Shown here: positions 1 through 9,485 of the stretch, one piece after another | Layout: every line of letters begins with the position of its first letter | Position numbering within the stretch: the first letter of the stretch is position 1 | NCBI GenBank assembly: GCA_045224495.1 | Contig: JBGVAK010000071.1 | Coordinates: forward strand, 1 to 50,135 | From: Christensenellales bacterium | GTDB lineage: Bacteria; Bacillota; Clostridia; Christensenellales; CAG-138 | Direction of reading: 5' to 3' | Length of the DNA stretch: 50,135 nt | Notes under the pieces: generated by a model | What the model was told of the DNA's origin: nothing | What the model saw: the letters and a program-made list of their open reading frames with translations, nothing else | The model's database searches: none | Position numbers and translations under genes: made by a program

Positions 1-338
1 TAGCGGCGGTAGAAACTGCCCACGGCCTTGTGGCGGCAAATGACCTCCAAGCCTTTGCCGAAGACCTTGGCGGGCAGGACCTCCATAGTGGTGTTTTTAA
101 GATCTGCGGACACGTAGTGGGTCTTGATGCCGGCGGCGTTGATCTTCTCGAAGAAGTAGATGGACATCCTGAGGTTCACGTCGCCCACGCCTTCGATGGT
201 CAGGCCGATGCTGTTTTCGCCGGGATCGAACACGCCGTCCTTGCCGGTGCAGTCGTCCTTGAACTTCAGAAGGTAGTTGCCGTTTTCGAGGGCGTAGACG
301 TTCTTGGTCTTGCCAGTGTACACGAGTTTAGGTTCCAT
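1..338 (-). CDS. purC: SAICAR synthase, N-terminal part (gene runs off the left edge)
   Basis: Absent from the ORF track because it has no stop in the window. Reverse translation from ATG at 338 gives [76 protein letters not shown]..., a typical PurC N-terminus. AAGGAG at 345-350. Lies 28 nt downstream of purE. Confidence 0.85.
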   Translation of the reverse strand, partial: MEPKLVYTGKTKNVYALENGNYLLKFKDDCTGKDGVFDPGENSIGLTIEGVGDVNLRMSIYFFEKINAAGIKTHYVSADLKNTTMEVLPAKVFGKGLEVICRHKAVGSFYRR

Positions 339-366
339 GGTGATCTCCTTTACAAAATAAGTATAG

Positions 367-858
367 TTATTGCAGCGCGGCCATGATCGCCGCGTTCTTT
401 TTCAGCACGTTTTGGGCGTCGGCCCGGCGCTTTTCGTCCAGCTTCTGGGCCAGGGCCCCGTCCTCGATGGCCAGCATCTCCAGGGCCAGCAGGGCGGCGT
501 TGGCACCCCCGTTCAGGGCCACCGTAGCCACCGGGATGCCGCTGGGCATCTGGACCGTGGAGAGGAGGGCGTCCAGGCCGTCCAGAGCTCCGCCCTTGCA
601 GGGGATGCCGATGACGGGCAAGGTGGTGTTGGCTGCAATGGCGCCGGCCAGGTGGGCGGCCATGCCCGCCGCGGCGATGATGACGCCGAAGCCCTGCGCC
701 CGGGCGTTCCGGGCGAAATCCCGGGCCTCGTCGGGGGTCCGATGGGCCGAGAACACATGGGCCTCGAAGGGGATGCCGAAGGCCTTGAATACGTCCACGG
801 CCTTCTGGACCACGGGCAGATCGCTGTCGCTGCCCATGACGATGGCAACTTTTTTCAT
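367..858 (-). CDS. purE: N5-carboxyaminoimidazole ribonucleotide mutase
   Basis: ORF 367..1269 trimmed to the internal ATG at 858, preceded by GGGGAGG. The 163-aa product [17 protein letters not shown]...[11 protein letters not shown]...[19 protein letters not shown] carries the PurE signature. Confidence 0.93.
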   Translation of the reverse strand: MKKVAIVMGSDSDLPVVQKAVDVFKAFGIPFEAHVFSAHRTPDEARDFARNARAQGFGVIIAAAGMAAHLAGAIAANTTLPVIGIPCKGGALDGLDALLSTVQMPSGIPVATVALNGGANAALLALEMLAIEDGALAQKLDEKRRADAQNVLKKNAAIMAALQ

Positions 859-874
859 GGTGGTGCACCTCCCC

Positions 875-920
875 AAAAAGAAATATGGGCATATTGAATC
901 CAGCGGGTTCAACAATGCCC
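875..920 (-). terminator. Intrinsic terminator forming the riboswitch expression platform
   Basis: On the minus strand, GGGCATTGTTGAA (908-920) pairs with TTCAATATGCCC (887-898) and is followed by ATATTTCTTTTT. The 5' arm overlaps the CUGGGCA 3' end of the aptamer, as in a typical ON switch. Confidence 0.65.
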
Positions 921-989
921 AGACGGTCGGCAACATATACGCTCCCTGTTCCTCTGCGGTGCTCCGCATTCTTCCGTCAGTCGCAAGGG
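916..989 (-). promoter_or_regulatory. ZTP (pfl-motif) riboswitch aptamer
   Basis: The minus strand reads CCCUUGCGACUGACGGAAG-AAUGCGGAGCACCGCA-GAGGAACAGGGAG...GCCGACCGUCUGGGCA. P1 is CCCUUG/CAGGG and P2 is the UGCGG/CCGCA hairpin. The conserved GACUGACGG and CCGACCGUCUGGGC blocks can form the GACGG/CCGUC pseudoknot. It lies upstream of purine genes, the usual ZTP context. Confidence 0.75.
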
Positions 990-1011
990 GCGGCGTTGAA
1001 AAACACACGTA

Positions 1012-1040
1012 TTTATACCATATCCCGCGCCTCGTGTCAA
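1012..1040 (-). promoter_or_regulatory. SigA-type promoter of the riboswitch-purE-purC unit
   Basis: Minus strand has TTGACA (1035-1040), a 17-nt spacer, then TATAAA (1012-1017). It lies about 20 nt upstream of the aptamer. Confidence 0.6.
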
Positions 1041-1214
1041 GGAACATGGGGGCGGGAACAGTGGGTTTTTCCGGCTTTTTTCGTGATTTGAAATAATATA
1101 TGTCGGCAAGGCCCGGAGACCTTGGCAGAAACGCTTCCCACGCCATCCACAGCCATCTGACCGTCAACGCCATCGACGGCAGCATCGTCCAGCGGCAGTA
1201 GGAATGTCCGCGGA

Positions 1215-1246
1215 CAAAAGGAGGGCCGCTGCCAAAAAAGCAGCGG
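1215..1246 (-). terminator. Candidate terminator after the 189-aa gene
   Basis: Minus strand has CCGCTGC-ttttttg-GCAGCGG followed by CCCTCCTTTTG. The U tract is weak. Confidence 0.4.
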
Positions 1247-1265
1247 TCATTTTGCTGTGTTGTGG

Positions 1266-1835
1266 TCAATCCTGCAGGATGTCCGGGAAATTGCCCTTCA
1301 GAAAGTATCGGTACTCGGGATGGTCCCCGGCGGCTGCGTATTCCTCCCGGATGGTTTTCCGGTTCCAGGCCTGCATCCGCTCGGGCATGTCCTCATACCG
1401 CAGGACGGTCAGCAGTCCCGCCTGCTCCGCCTGCAGGATGGCCTCGTAGGCGTCCGGTACGAACTCCACCCCGTCCACGTCCACGGGCGTGCGGCTCACC
1501 GCCGCGTCCGGGATGTGCAGTTCAAAGTCGGCTTCCTTGATGCGGTCCGCCCGGTAGATATAGCCGGACACGCCCCGGTACGTCTTTTCGAGAGCGTTGG
1601 GGTAGTACTCCTCCAGCCGCTGGACGCCGTTTTTGTCGAAGCCGTAGGGCCCCCACTTCTGCCATCGGGCGTCGTAGACAAAGCCTGTCTCCCGGCAGTA
1701 CTTCTCCACGGCGTTGCTGAGGTACACCAAAACGTTCTCCCGCTTCCGGGAGAAGTAGATGAGCGGGACCCCGTGGTTGGACACCCGGGGCTCCAGCCGC
1801 TTTATGCCGCCCGTGGGCGACGCGTGATAGTACAT
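1266..1835 (-). CDS. Conserved hypothetical protein (189 aa)
   Basis: ORF 1266..1841 has GC3-rich codon usage. ATG at 1835 sits 5 nt after AAGGAG; GTG at 1841 is an alternative start. No family recognised. Its RBS lies inside the end of the upstream CAT-like gene. Confidence 0.8.
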   Translation of the reverse strand: MYYHASPTGGIKRLEPRVSNHGVPLIYFSRKRENVLVYLSNAVEKYCRETGFVYDARWQKWGPYGFDKNGVQRLEEYYPNALEKTYRGVSGYIYRADRIKEADFELHIPDAAVSRTPVDVDGVEFVPDAYEAILQAEQAGLLTVLRYEDMPERMQAWNRKTIREEYAAAGDHPEYRYFLKGNFPDILQD

Positions 1836-1837
1836 AT

Positions 1838-2488
1838 TCACTCCTTTACGAACAGCTCCATCTCCCGCTGCAGCAGGCGGAACACGTTGGCCACCAGGAA
1901 CCCGTCGGCGATGGCGTGGTTCATGCGGACGGTCACGGGCATCATGAGCCGGCCGCCCTCGTCCCGGTACTTGCCCCAGTTGACGATGGGCGCAAGATAC
2001 AGATACCCGTCCGGCAGTTCCAGGTGCAGCGCGTCGTAGGAGACCCAGGGGATGTAGGAGGCGTCGAACCAGTTGGGGTGGTTCGCGTCGTCCAGCCCGA
2101 AATCCCGGGTCCCCTTGCCCGCCTCCAGATCCCGGAGAGCGGCGGCGTAGAAGGTCTCGTAGTCGGGGTCGTACCGGGAATAGACCTGGGTAAAGGTCTC
2201 CGTGTCCTCGTGGAAGACGTACTGGACGGGGTGGATCACGTCGTAGCAGATCAGCTCGCCGGTCTGCCAGCGGTAGTCCATCCGGTAATCCTCCCGAGAA
2301 TTCAGGGCTCGGCAGAGGATATAGAGAAAGTCCAAATAGAACTTCCGCCCCCTTGCCTTAGAGTGGGCGACGAGCTCCGTCACGTCCACCCGGGCCGTCA
2401 TGGACAGGGAGCACTTGCAGTCCTCCGAAAAGCGGCGGAACGTCCCTTTCCTATAATAGGTCTCCTTGTCGATCACGCGGTAGTTCAT
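1838..2488 (-). CDS. Type-A chloramphenicol-acetyltransferase-like (CatA family) O-acetyltransferase
   Basis: The 216-aa product has a CAT-like layout: FYLDFLYILCRALN, HPVQYVFHEDTETFT, and the catalytic-His segment VTVRMNHAIADGFLVANVF (canonical motif is HHAVCDG[FY]H). Its ATGA start overlaps the iadA stop. Confidence 0.8.
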   Translation of the reverse strand: MNYRVIDKETYYRKGTFRRFSEDCKCSLSMTARVDVTELVAHSKARGRKFYLDFLYILCRALNSREDYRMDYRWQTGELICYDVIHPVQYVFHEDTETFTQVYSRYDPDYETFYAAALRDLEAGKGTRDFGLDDANHPNWFDASYIPWVSYDALHLELPDGYLYLAPIVNWGKYRDEGGRLMMPVTVRMNHAIADGFLVANVFRLLQREMELFVKE

Positions 2489-3624
2489 ATGTTTCTCTCA
2501 TCCCGTTCTTCGTAATACCCGACTTGTAGGACTTTGCCGCCCTGCATGAGCTTCTGTCCGTTCGCGATCACGGCGTCCGGCGTCAGGTCCTCCCGAAGAA
2601 GCAGCAGATCCGCATCGCTCCCCACACGGACCGCCCCTTTTCTCGGATACATCAGAAGTCCCTTCGCCACGTTTTCCGTGAGGAACGGGAGCGCCTGCTC
2701 CAGTGCGAATCCCTCTTTGACGAGGCCCCGGAGCGTTTTGAGCAGGGAGGTCATCCTGCCGACGCCCATGCCGATCACATGCTGGTGAGCGGCGTCCCAC
2801 TTCGGCATGGACCCGTTCGAATCGGAGCTGATCGTGACGAGGCTCAGATCCAGCCGATCGCGGTATGCGTACAGCAGCGGCGATAGGGAATCGTGGGCCG
2901 TGAAGTCGGCGTAGCCGCCCATTTTGTTGAATGGGACAGCCTGCTCGATATGGCGCGCCATGTGGGTCGGGCGGAAATGAAAGACCGGGATATCCGTCGT
3001 TTGGACGATGTCCATCAGAGGCTCGATGCCGGCGGGGTCCGCTCCCACGTGGATGTGCAGCACGCCCGGTTTGCCGCCGATCAGGCCGGCCATGCGGACC
3101 TCGGATACGAGGCGGATGATCTCGTCCCGGGAAGGATGGCTTGCCCGGTGGTCCGAGATCGCCAGTTTGCACCCCAGGACCTCCGACAGGAACACGATAT
3201 CGCGCATGACCGAGCCGGTCAGCGTGACGGGAGGGTAGTTGTAGGCACTGGTGAGACACCGGGCCGTTACGCCCTCCTCGTTCAGAGCTTTCGTTTTCGC
3301 GAGCAGCGTTTCGACGTCCCGCGTCACTCCATCGGTCCCGAGCACACCGACGAGCGTCGTGACCCCGGCTTTTACGATATCGGAGAAGACGAGCTCAGGC
3401 ACGCGGGATTTGGGCCCCTCTTCGCCGCCACCGCCGATCACATGAACGTGCTGATCGATGAGCCCCGGAACGAGGATCATGTCGGACGCGTCGATCACTT
3501 CCGCGTCGTATGCCGACGGCGCGATGGAATCCTCCACAGCGAGGATCCGGTCAAAAGCGATCAGCACGTCCTTCTTTCCCCGGTAAGCGGGATCGTACAG
3601 GACCGCGTTTTTGATCAGCAGCAT
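2485..3624 (-). CDS. iadA: Isoaspartyl (beta-aspartyl) dipeptidase
   Basis: Amidohydrolase motifs PGLIDQHVHVIGGGGE, KLAISDH, VLHIHVGA and SSDSNGS are present. ORF 2485..3696 was trimmed to ATG 3624 (MLLIKNAVLYD), preceded by GGAAGGA. The longer start at 3696 cannot be excluded. Confidence 0.85.
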   Translation of the reverse strand: MLLIKNAVLYDPAYRGKKDVLIAFDRILAVEDSIAPSAYDAEVIDASDMILVPGLIDQHVHVIGGGGEEGPKSRVPELVFSDIVKAGVTTLVGVLGTDGVTRDVETLLAKTKALNEEGVTARCLTSAYNYPPVTLTGSVMRDIVFLSEVLGCKLAISDHRASHPSRDEIIRLVSEVRMAGLIGGKPGVLHIHVGADPAGIEPLMDIVQTTDIPVFHFRPTHMARHIEQAVPFNKMGGYADFTAHDSLSPLLYAYRDRLDLSLVTISSDSNGSMPKWDAAHQHVIGMGVGRMTSLLKTLRGLVKEGFALEQALPFLTENVAKGLLMYPRKGAVRVGSDADLLLLREDLTPDAVIANGQKLMQGGKVLQVGYYEERDERNI

Positions 3625-3892
3625 GCGGAAGCCGTCCTTCCGTTCCTGCGGTTTTGCGGTCAGACCCGAATTGGAAATCATATGCAACACCCCCATATCT
3701 CTACTGATTATAATAGAACCCTACGGAATAGTAAAGATTTCCTGATCCAGTCAGGTCGAACCTTGCGCCGTTTTTCGTATCGTTCGGACATGACCGAAGC
3801 CCCGCGCCGGCAGGAAACAAAAGGATCGGCGATACCGGAGGCGGCATCGGACGATCCTGTTTCGACGGGGCGTGTTTTCGTACAGAACAAAA

Positions 3893-4732
3893 TCAGATCA
3901 TACCGGTCGATTTGAGGACGTCCTCGATTTGATTCATCCGTTCGAACATGTTGGTCTGGGCGCCGGCGCTGGTGGCGATGCAGAAGTAATCTACCAGGCA
4001 GGCAGGCGCGATGTAGGAGTTTTTGATGCCGCCGATATCCAGATAGCAGGGGATCAGCGCGTCCGCGTATGGGGCGAGGGCATCGTACGGATAGGAGGTG
4101 ACCAGGATGATGTTAGCCCCCTGTTTTTTCAGGATCGGCAAAGCGCGGACGGTCAGATCGGTATACCGGCGAAACACGAATACCAGACACGCGTCGTCCT
4201 CGTTCAGGCTGAGGAGAGATTCTACCATACCCCGGTCTCCGGCGCCCAGATGGAACACATTGTCTCGCACCGTGATGAGCCGGGAATAGGCATAGTGACA
4301 TAGGGAAGTGGATTCGCGCATGCCGAAGATGAACAATCTCTTTTTGTTGGAAAGCAGATCGACCGCGCGGGTCAAAGCTTCCTGAGGCACTTCGTTGAAC
4401 GTCCGGTAGATATTATGAACGGCCCGCTGCACGGTGCGCTCCAGAAGATCGCTGTCCGCATTGTCGTCCGAGATGCTCAGAAGCTTGTCCGGCAGTTTGG
4501 CGAGGGGCTTGAGCTCCTGCCGGATCGCATACTGAAACTCCTTGTACCCCTCATAGCCGAGCGTGCGGCAGAACCGGATGATGGTGGTCGTACTGACCCC
4601 GATCTCCCGAGATACCATGTCCAGCGTGGAAAAAGCAAAGCTGTCAAACTTATTTAAGAAAGCATCTGCAACCTTTTGCTCAGCTTTCGTCATGTGGCGA
4701 TAGTGCTCCCTGACCAAGCGCAACAGTTCCAA
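3893..4732 (-). CDS. RpiR/MurR-family transcriptional regulator (HTH plus SIS domain)
   Basis: N-terminal HTH_6 pattern MTKAEQKVADAFLNK...VSREIGVSTTTIIRFCRTLGYEGYKEFQ, with a C-terminal SIS-like part. TTG start at 4732 follows GGGAGGAGGG. Confidence 0.85.
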   Translation of the reverse strand: MELLRLVREHYRHMTKAEQKVADAFLNKFDSFAFSTLDMVSREIGVSTTTIIRFCRTLGYEGYKEFQYAIRQELKPLAKLPDKLLSISDDNADSDLLERTVQRAVHNIYRTFNEVPQEALTRAVDLLSNKKRLFIFGMRESTSLCHYAYSRLITVRDNVFHLGAGDRGMVESLLSLNEDDACLVFVFRRYTDLTVRALPILKKQGANIILVTSYPYDALAPYADALIPCYLDIGGIKNSYIAPACLVDYFCIATSAGAQTNMFERMNQIEDVLKSTGMI

Positions 4733-4811
4733 AAGGATCGCCCTCCTCCCTCAAAAGATGACCACAACATAATTAGTATACGCTGTCTTATGTCGCTTTT
4801 CAAGAAAAAGA

Positions 4812-4823
4812 ATGGAATTCCAT
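4812..4823. promoter_or_regulatory. Perfect 12-nt palindrome ATGGAATTCCAT in the divergent control region
   Basis: Read directly from the sequence. Sits between the RpiR gene and the ABC operon promoter and is a candidate operator. Confidence 0.3.
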
Positions 4824-4893
4824 GCGATTTTCAGTAAACCTCATATTTTTATGAGTTTTTATCGAACTTTTTTGCATAATAATGAAATCCGCC

Positions 4894-4922
4894 TTGACAA
4901 TAAAAATACAAAATAGTACAAT
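4894..4922 (+). promoter_or_regulatory. Consensus SigA-type promoter of the peptide ABC operon
   Basis: TTGACA (4894-4899), exactly 17 nt, then TACAAT (4917-4922), inside an AT-rich spacer. Confidence 0.65.
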
Positions 4923-5010
4923 TTATATGTAATCTTCTGAGGAAATGTACCATTTAATACATTTTCCGAAGAGTACAGAATACTATCACAAACGAAAAAG
5001 GAGAGTCAAG

Positions 5011-6519
5011 ATGAAAAGATCAGCAAGTATGTTCCTCGTCGTTCTTATGCTCCTATGCCTCCTGGCACCGACCGCCATGGCCGCGCCGAAGGAAGACCTC
5101 ATCATCGTCATGCCGGAAGATCTTACATCCTTCGATCCTCTCGGCGGCACCGGCGTTCCCACCCAGAACATCATTCGTATGATCTACACCCGTCTGTACA
5201 TCGACAGCGACGACGGCTCCATGGATCCCGTAGCATGTCTTGCCAAGGACCTGTACGCCGTCTCCGACAACGAGATCGATGTGAAGATCTACACCGGCTG
5301 GAAGTATTCCGACGGCAGCGAGATCACCGTGGACGATGTGGTGTTCTGCCTCAACCGGGCCAAGGGCAGCGCCACCTTCGCCACCACGCTGAAGATGGTC
5401 GACGGCTTTGAGAAGATCGATGACGAGACCATCGCCATCAAGACCCAGGCTCCCGTTCCCTCCATCAAGCACACCCTCAAGCACGTGGGCACCTCCATCC
5501 TGCCCCAGGCCTACGTAGAGAAGGCCCTGGCCGACAACGACTGGAGCAACCCCATCTGCTCCGGCCCCTACAAGGTGGCTGAGCGTTCCATCGGCGAGTA
5601 CACCAAGGTCGTGAAGAACGAGTACTATGGCGGCAGCATCGCCATTCCCCAGAACAACAGCCTGACCTTCAAGTATGTGCCCGAATCCACCAGCCGCACC
5701 ATCCAGATCGAGACGGGCGAAGCTGATCTGAACTTCTCCTTCGGCACCGCCGACTATGCCCGTTGCAAGGAGAATCCCGAGCTCAAGGTGTACGAGAAGG
5801 CCGGCATCAACACCTTCCATATCGCGGTGGACACCACTCGGGCGCCCTTCGATGATGTCCGGGTCCGCCAGGCTCTGTGCTATGCCATCGACCGTGACGA
5901 TCTGCTGCTGGCCGCTGCCGAAGGCATTGGCGTCACCGCTTACTGCGTAGTCCCGCCCACCACCATCGGCCATTTGGACAACCCCGGCAACTACACCTAT
6001 GATCCCGACAAGGCCCGCGCCCTGCTGGCAGAGGCCGGCTATGCCGACGGCTTCACCACCAGCCTGCTGGCTTTCAACGAGAAGAACAAGAACGTTGCTG
6101 AGATCGTGGCCATGTTCCTCGCTGAGGTGGGCATCACCGCCAACGTCGACCTGTATGACGCCAGTACCCGCGCCGGCATGGTGGCGGATCACCAGGTGCC
6201 CATGCTGATCAACACCTGGGGTGCCAGCCCTGACGCCGATCTGGTGCTGCCCCGTCTGTTCACCGAGAGCGCCATCGGTGCCTCCAACCTGACTTTCTAC
6301 CACAACGACGAACTGGATGTGCTCCTGCAGAAGGCCGGCTCCATCTATGACGAAGCGGAGCGCACCGCCCTCTATGAGGAAGCCGTCAAGATCCTGGCCG
6401 AGGAAGCCCCCTGGTGCCCCCTGTTCATCCAGAACTCTCTGGGTCTTGCAAGGGCCGATCTGCAGGGCGTGGTCATGAGCCCAGAGAGCCCCCGTAACTT
6501 CTGGGGCCTGCATTATTGA
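5011..6519 (+). CDS. Peptide/nickel (family 5) ABC substrate-binding protein
   Basis: ORF 4945.. trimmed to ATG 5011 after AAAGGAGAG. Signal peptide MKRSASMFLVVLMLLCLLAPTAMA, followed by SBP_bac_5-like sequence. Confidence 0.9.
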   Translation: MKRSASMFLVVLMLLCLLAPTAMAAPKEDLIIVMPEDLTSFDPLGGTGVPTQNIIRMIYTRLYIDSDDGSMDPVACLAKDLYAVSDNEIDVKIYTGWKYSDGSEITVDDVVFCLNRAKGSATFATTLKMVDGFEKIDDETIAIKTQAPVPSIKHTLKHVGTSILPQAYVEKALADNDWSNPICSGPYKVAERSIGEYTKVVKNEYYGGSIAIPQNNSLTFKYVPESTSRTIQIETGEADLNFSFGTADYARCKENPELKVYEKAGINTFHIAVDTTRAPFDDVRVRQALCYAIDRDDLLLAAAEGIGVTAYCVVPPTTIGHLDNPGNYTYDPDKARALLAEAGYADGFTTSLLAFNEKNKNVAEIVAMFLAEVGITANVDLYDASTRAGMVADHQVPMLINTWGASPDADLVLPRLFTESAIGASNLTFYHNDELDVLLQKAGSIYDEAERTALYEEAVKILAEEAPWCPLFIQNSLGLARADLQGVVMSPESPRNFWGLHY

Positions 6520-6566
6520 TCATAAGACACATAGCGGCGTCTTTGTTCAGGAATAGTTGAAACCGC

Positions 6567-6605
6567 AACCTCAGGGGCGCTCATTCGATGAGTACCCCTG
6601 AGGTT
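6567..6605 (+). promoter_or_regulatory. Intercistronic stem-loop between the SBP and permease genes
   Basis: AACCTCAGGGG (6567-6577) pairs with CCCCTGAGGTT (6595-6605), enclosing an inner CTCAT/ATGAG stem. No U tract follows. Plausibly an mRNA-stabilising or attenuating hairpin. Confidence 0.45.
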
Positions 6606-6623
6606 ATACGCAAGGAGATTAGT

Positions 6624-7559
6624 ATGTTACGATATATTGCACGTAGGCTCCTCGCTTTGATCCCCATCGTATTGGGCGTCGTTTTGATCGTTCAGCTCAT
6701 ATTCTATTTCTCGCCGACGGACCCTGCGGTGGTCATTCTCGGTAACGACTTCACGGTGGAGGGCGCCGAGCAGGTGAGGGAGGAGCTGGGACTGAACGAA
6801 CCGTTCATCACCCAGTATCTCACCACCATAGGGAAACTCGTCCGGCTCGATTTCGGAACGTCCTATATGTCCCATGAGCCGGTGGTCAATCAGCTGGCCA
6901 AACGCTTCCCCAACACATTGATTCTCAACTTGTTTTCGGTGGCCCTGTGCGTCATCGTCGCCATCCCCATAGGCATCCAATCCGCCGTAAAACCGAATTC
7001 TGCATTATCCAACATCTCCTCTGCCTTTGCCATGATCGGCGTCGCCATGCCGACGTTCTGGATCGGGCTGATGTTGATGTTGCTGTTCTCCGTGAAGCTC
7101 AGGTGGCTGCCATCTGCAAGCGATATGAGTTTCAAGGGATTGTTGATGCCGGCCATTACCCTGGCGCTCAACTTCATGGCTTCGAATATGCGCACCACAC
7201 GCTCGGCGATGCTCGACTGTCTGAATGCAGACTATGTGCGCACCGCGCGGGCCAAGGGTGTTTCGAATATGAGCGCGATCTACAAGCACGCCCTGGGAAA
7301 CGCAAGGCTCCCGATCATCACCGTTATCGGTATGAACATCGGCACCCAGATGGGCGGCTCCGTCATCACGGAGACGGTCTTCTCCTTCCCGGGCCTGGGC
7401 ATTCTGATGACCAACGGCATCAGCCAGAAGGACACCCCCGTCGTCATCGGCTCCTTGGTCGTCATGGCGCTGTCGGTGGGCGTCTGCAACCTGCTGGTGG
7501 ACCTCATCTTCGCCTTTGTGGACCCGCGCATCAAATCTCAGTATAAGAAGAAGGGGTAA
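6624..7559 (+). CDS. Dpp/Opp-type ABC permease (DppB-like)
   Basis: Trimmed to ATG 6624 after AAGGAG. MLRYIARRLLALIPIVLGV is the typical DppB/OppB start, and the protein has multiple TM segments. Confidence 0.9.
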   Translation: MLRYIARRLLALIPIVLGVVLIVQLIFYFSPTDPAVVILGNDFTVEGAEQVREELGLNEPFITQYLTTIGKLVRLDFGTSYMSHEPVVNQLAKRFPNTLILNLFSVALCVIVAIPIGIQSAVKPNSALSNISSAFAMIGVAMPTFWIGLMLMLLFSVKLRWLPSASDMSFKGLLMPAITLALNFMASNMRTTRSAMLDCLNADYVRTARAKGVSNMSAIYKHALGNARLPIITVIGMNIGTQMGGSVITETVFSFPGLGILMTNGISQKDTPVVIGSLVVMALSVGVCNLLVDLIFAFVDPRIKSQYKKKG

Positions 7560-7563
7560 GAGC

Positions 7564-8469
7564 ATGGAGACAGAAAAGAAAACACATGTTTCCCGCAGGG
7601 AAATCTTGAAGCAATATAAGAAGAAAACGCCCATGCAGGAGGTGCTGAGCCGCTTTATGCACAACCGGCTGGCCGTTCTGGGGCTCATCATCTTCACCAT
7701 CATCCTGCTGCTTGCCATCTTCGCGGATCAGATCGCGGATTATCAGAACGTTGCCCTGAAGATGAATATCAGGAGCCGACTGCAGGGCCCCAGCGCCGAG
7801 CACTGGTTCGGAACGGATGAAGCCGGCCGGGACGTATTCGCCCGGGTCATCCATGGGTCCCGGACGTCCCTGTGGATCGGCTTTGCCGCCACCTTCATGG
7901 CGCTGCTGGGCGGCGGGACGTTGGGCGCCATCGCCGGGTATTTCGGCAAATTCATCGATGAACTCATCATGCGGATCATGGACATCATGATGTGTCTGCC
8001 GGGCGTGCTCCTCGCCATGGCCATCGTGTCCGCTTTCGGCAGCAGCGCGTTGAACATGATCATAGCGATCGCCGTTTCACGATTGCCAAGATTTGCGCGT
8101 GTGGTCCGCTCCTCCGTGCTGACGGTCCGCACGGAGGAATACATCGAATCGGCCAGGGCTATCGGCGCAAAAAGCCCCCGGATCATCACCCGGCACATCC
8201 TGATCAACTGCATGGGCCCCATCATCGTGCAGATCGCCTTGGTGTTCGCCAGCAGCGTTTTGGCCATCTCCGCTCTGAGCTTCCTGGGCCTGGGCATCAA
8301 GCCCCCGGCTCCGGAATGGGGCAACATGCTGGCGGCAGGCCGGGCACAGATGCGCGATCATGCCAACCTGGTCCTTGCGCCGGGCCTTGCGTTGTTCTTC
8401 AGCATATTCTCTCTGAACCTCCTTGGCGACGGCCTTCGGGACGCATTTGACCCGAAGATGAAGAAGTGA
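7564..8469 (+). CDS. Dpp/Opp-type ABC permease (DppC-like)
   Basis: Trimmed to ATG 7564. [24 protein letters not shown] is the DppC/OppC N-terminal signature. Confidence 0.9.
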   Translation: METEKKTHVSRREILKQYKKKTPMQEVLSRFMHNRLAVLGLIIFTIILLLAIFADQIADYQNVALKMNIRSRLQGPSAEHWFGTDEAGRDVFARVIHGSRTSLWIGFAATFMALLGGGTLGAIAGYFGKFIDELIMRIMDIMMCLPGVLLAMAIVSAFGSSALNMIIAIAVSRLPRFARVVRSSVLTVRTEEYIESARAIGAKSPRIITRHILINCMGPIIVQIALVFASSVLAISALSFLGLGIKPPAPEWGNMLAAGRAQMRDHANLVLAPGLALFFSIFSLNLLGDGLRDAFDPKMKK

Positions 8470-8480
8470 GGAGGGCGGAT

Positions 8481-9485
8481 ATGGAAACGAAACTGCTGCA
8501 AATCAAGGATCTGCGGATCGAATTTCACAGCGACGGCGAAGTCACATACGCCGTCAACGGAGTCGACCTGGAGATCGAAGAAGGAAAGACCCTGGGGCTG
8601 GTCGGAGAGACCGGCGCAGGAAAGACGACGACGGCTCTTTCCGTTCTGGGCATGGTCCCCAAACCCGCAGGCAAGGTCCGCTCCGGTGAAGTGCTGCTCA
8701 ACGGCGTCGATATCCTCAAACAAAGCGAAAAGCATCTGGAGGACATCCGCGGCAATCAGGTCGCCATGATCTTCCAGGACCCCATGACAGCACTGAATCC
8801 TGTCATGACGGTGGGCAAGCAGATCGCGGAGGCGATCATCGTCCATGAACATATCGGCAAGGGGGAAGCCATGGAGCGCGCCCGCGCCATGTTGGAAACG
8901 GTCGGTATCCCGGGGGAGCGGGCCAATGAATATCCGCACCAGTTCAGCGGCGGCATGAAACAGCGCGTGGTCATCGCCATGGCCCTTGCCTGCAAGCCGA
9001 AGCTCCTGCTGGCGGACGAACCGACCACCGCGTTGGACGTGACGATCCAGGCCCAGGTGTTGGAGTTGATGCGGAACCTCCGCAAACAGTTCAGCACGGG
9101 CATGCTGATGATCACCCATGATTTCGGCATCGTGGCCGAGGTCTGCGATTCTGTCGCCGTCATGTACGCCGGCAAGATCGTGGAGAGCGGCACTCTGGAA
9201 GACGTGTTCGATCACAAGCGTCATCCCTATACCGAAGGTCTGTTCAACTCCCTGCCCGACGTATCCGACAGAAAGAGCGAGCTCAAGCCCATTCGCGGCC
9301 TGATGCCGGATCCCACGAACCTGCCCACCGGCTGCCCCTTCCATCCGCGCTGCGACTATTGCATGGATTGCTGCTCCCAGCAGGAGCCGCCTAAGGTTTG
9401 GATCAACGATACCCATTATACTCGTTGCTGGCTATATCAGAACACCACGGAAAACCAACTTCACAGCAAGGAGGTGGCTCCATGA
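8481..9485 (+). CDS. Oligo/dipeptide ABC ATP-binding protein (DppD-like)
   Basis: Walker A GETGAGKT, signature FSGGMKQR, Walker [13 protein letters not shown], and a C-terminal oligopeptide-type Cys cluster. Confidence 0.92.
   Translation: METKLLQIKDLRIEFHSDGEVTYAVNGVDLEIEEGKTLGLVGETGAGKTTTALSVLGMVPKPAGKVRSGEVLLNGVDILKQSEKHLEDIRGNQVAMIFQDPMTALNPVMTVGKQIAEAIIVHEHIGKGEAMERARAMLETVGIPGERANEYPHQFSGGMKQRVVIAMALACKPKLLLADEPTTALDVTIQAQVLELMRNLRKQFSTGMLMITHDFGIVAEVCDSVAVMYAGKIVESGTLEDVFDHKRHPYTEGLFNSLPDVSDRKSELKPIRGLMPDPTNLPTGCPFHPRCDYCMDCCSQQEPPKVWINDTHYTRCWLYQNTTENQLHSKEVAP

Noticed and set aside
1018-1034. CGCGGGATATGG resembles the P2/L2 region of a purine (guanine/adenine) riboswitch upstream of purE.
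   Set aside because: The rest of the purine aptamer (GUUUCUACC, CCGUAAA, GACUAUG) is absent. The segment is simply the 17-nt spacer of the TTGACA/TATAAA promoter. The real riboswitch downstream is of the ZTP type.
367-1269. 300-aa ORF in the track that extends purE far upstream.
   Set aside because: The extension covers the riboswitch, promoter and terminator. PurE homology starts at the internal MKKVAIVMG (ATG 858), which has its own RBS.
3708-3890. 60-aa minus-strand ORF between the iadA and RpiR genes.
   Set aside because: It has no RBS and an Arg/Ser-rich translation, and it lies in the presumed iadA promoter and leader region.
5053-6513. 486-aa antisense ORF opposite the SBP gene. Similar long shadow ORFs occur at 8358-9416, 9461-10687, 22075-23088, 28605-29687, 34038-35357, 38166-39293 and 45080-46306.
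   Set aside because: These are typical high-G+C antisense shadows. Their translations are Gly/Ala/Arg/His/Val-rich and low in complexity, with no start context. The opposite strand carries clear family motifs in each case.
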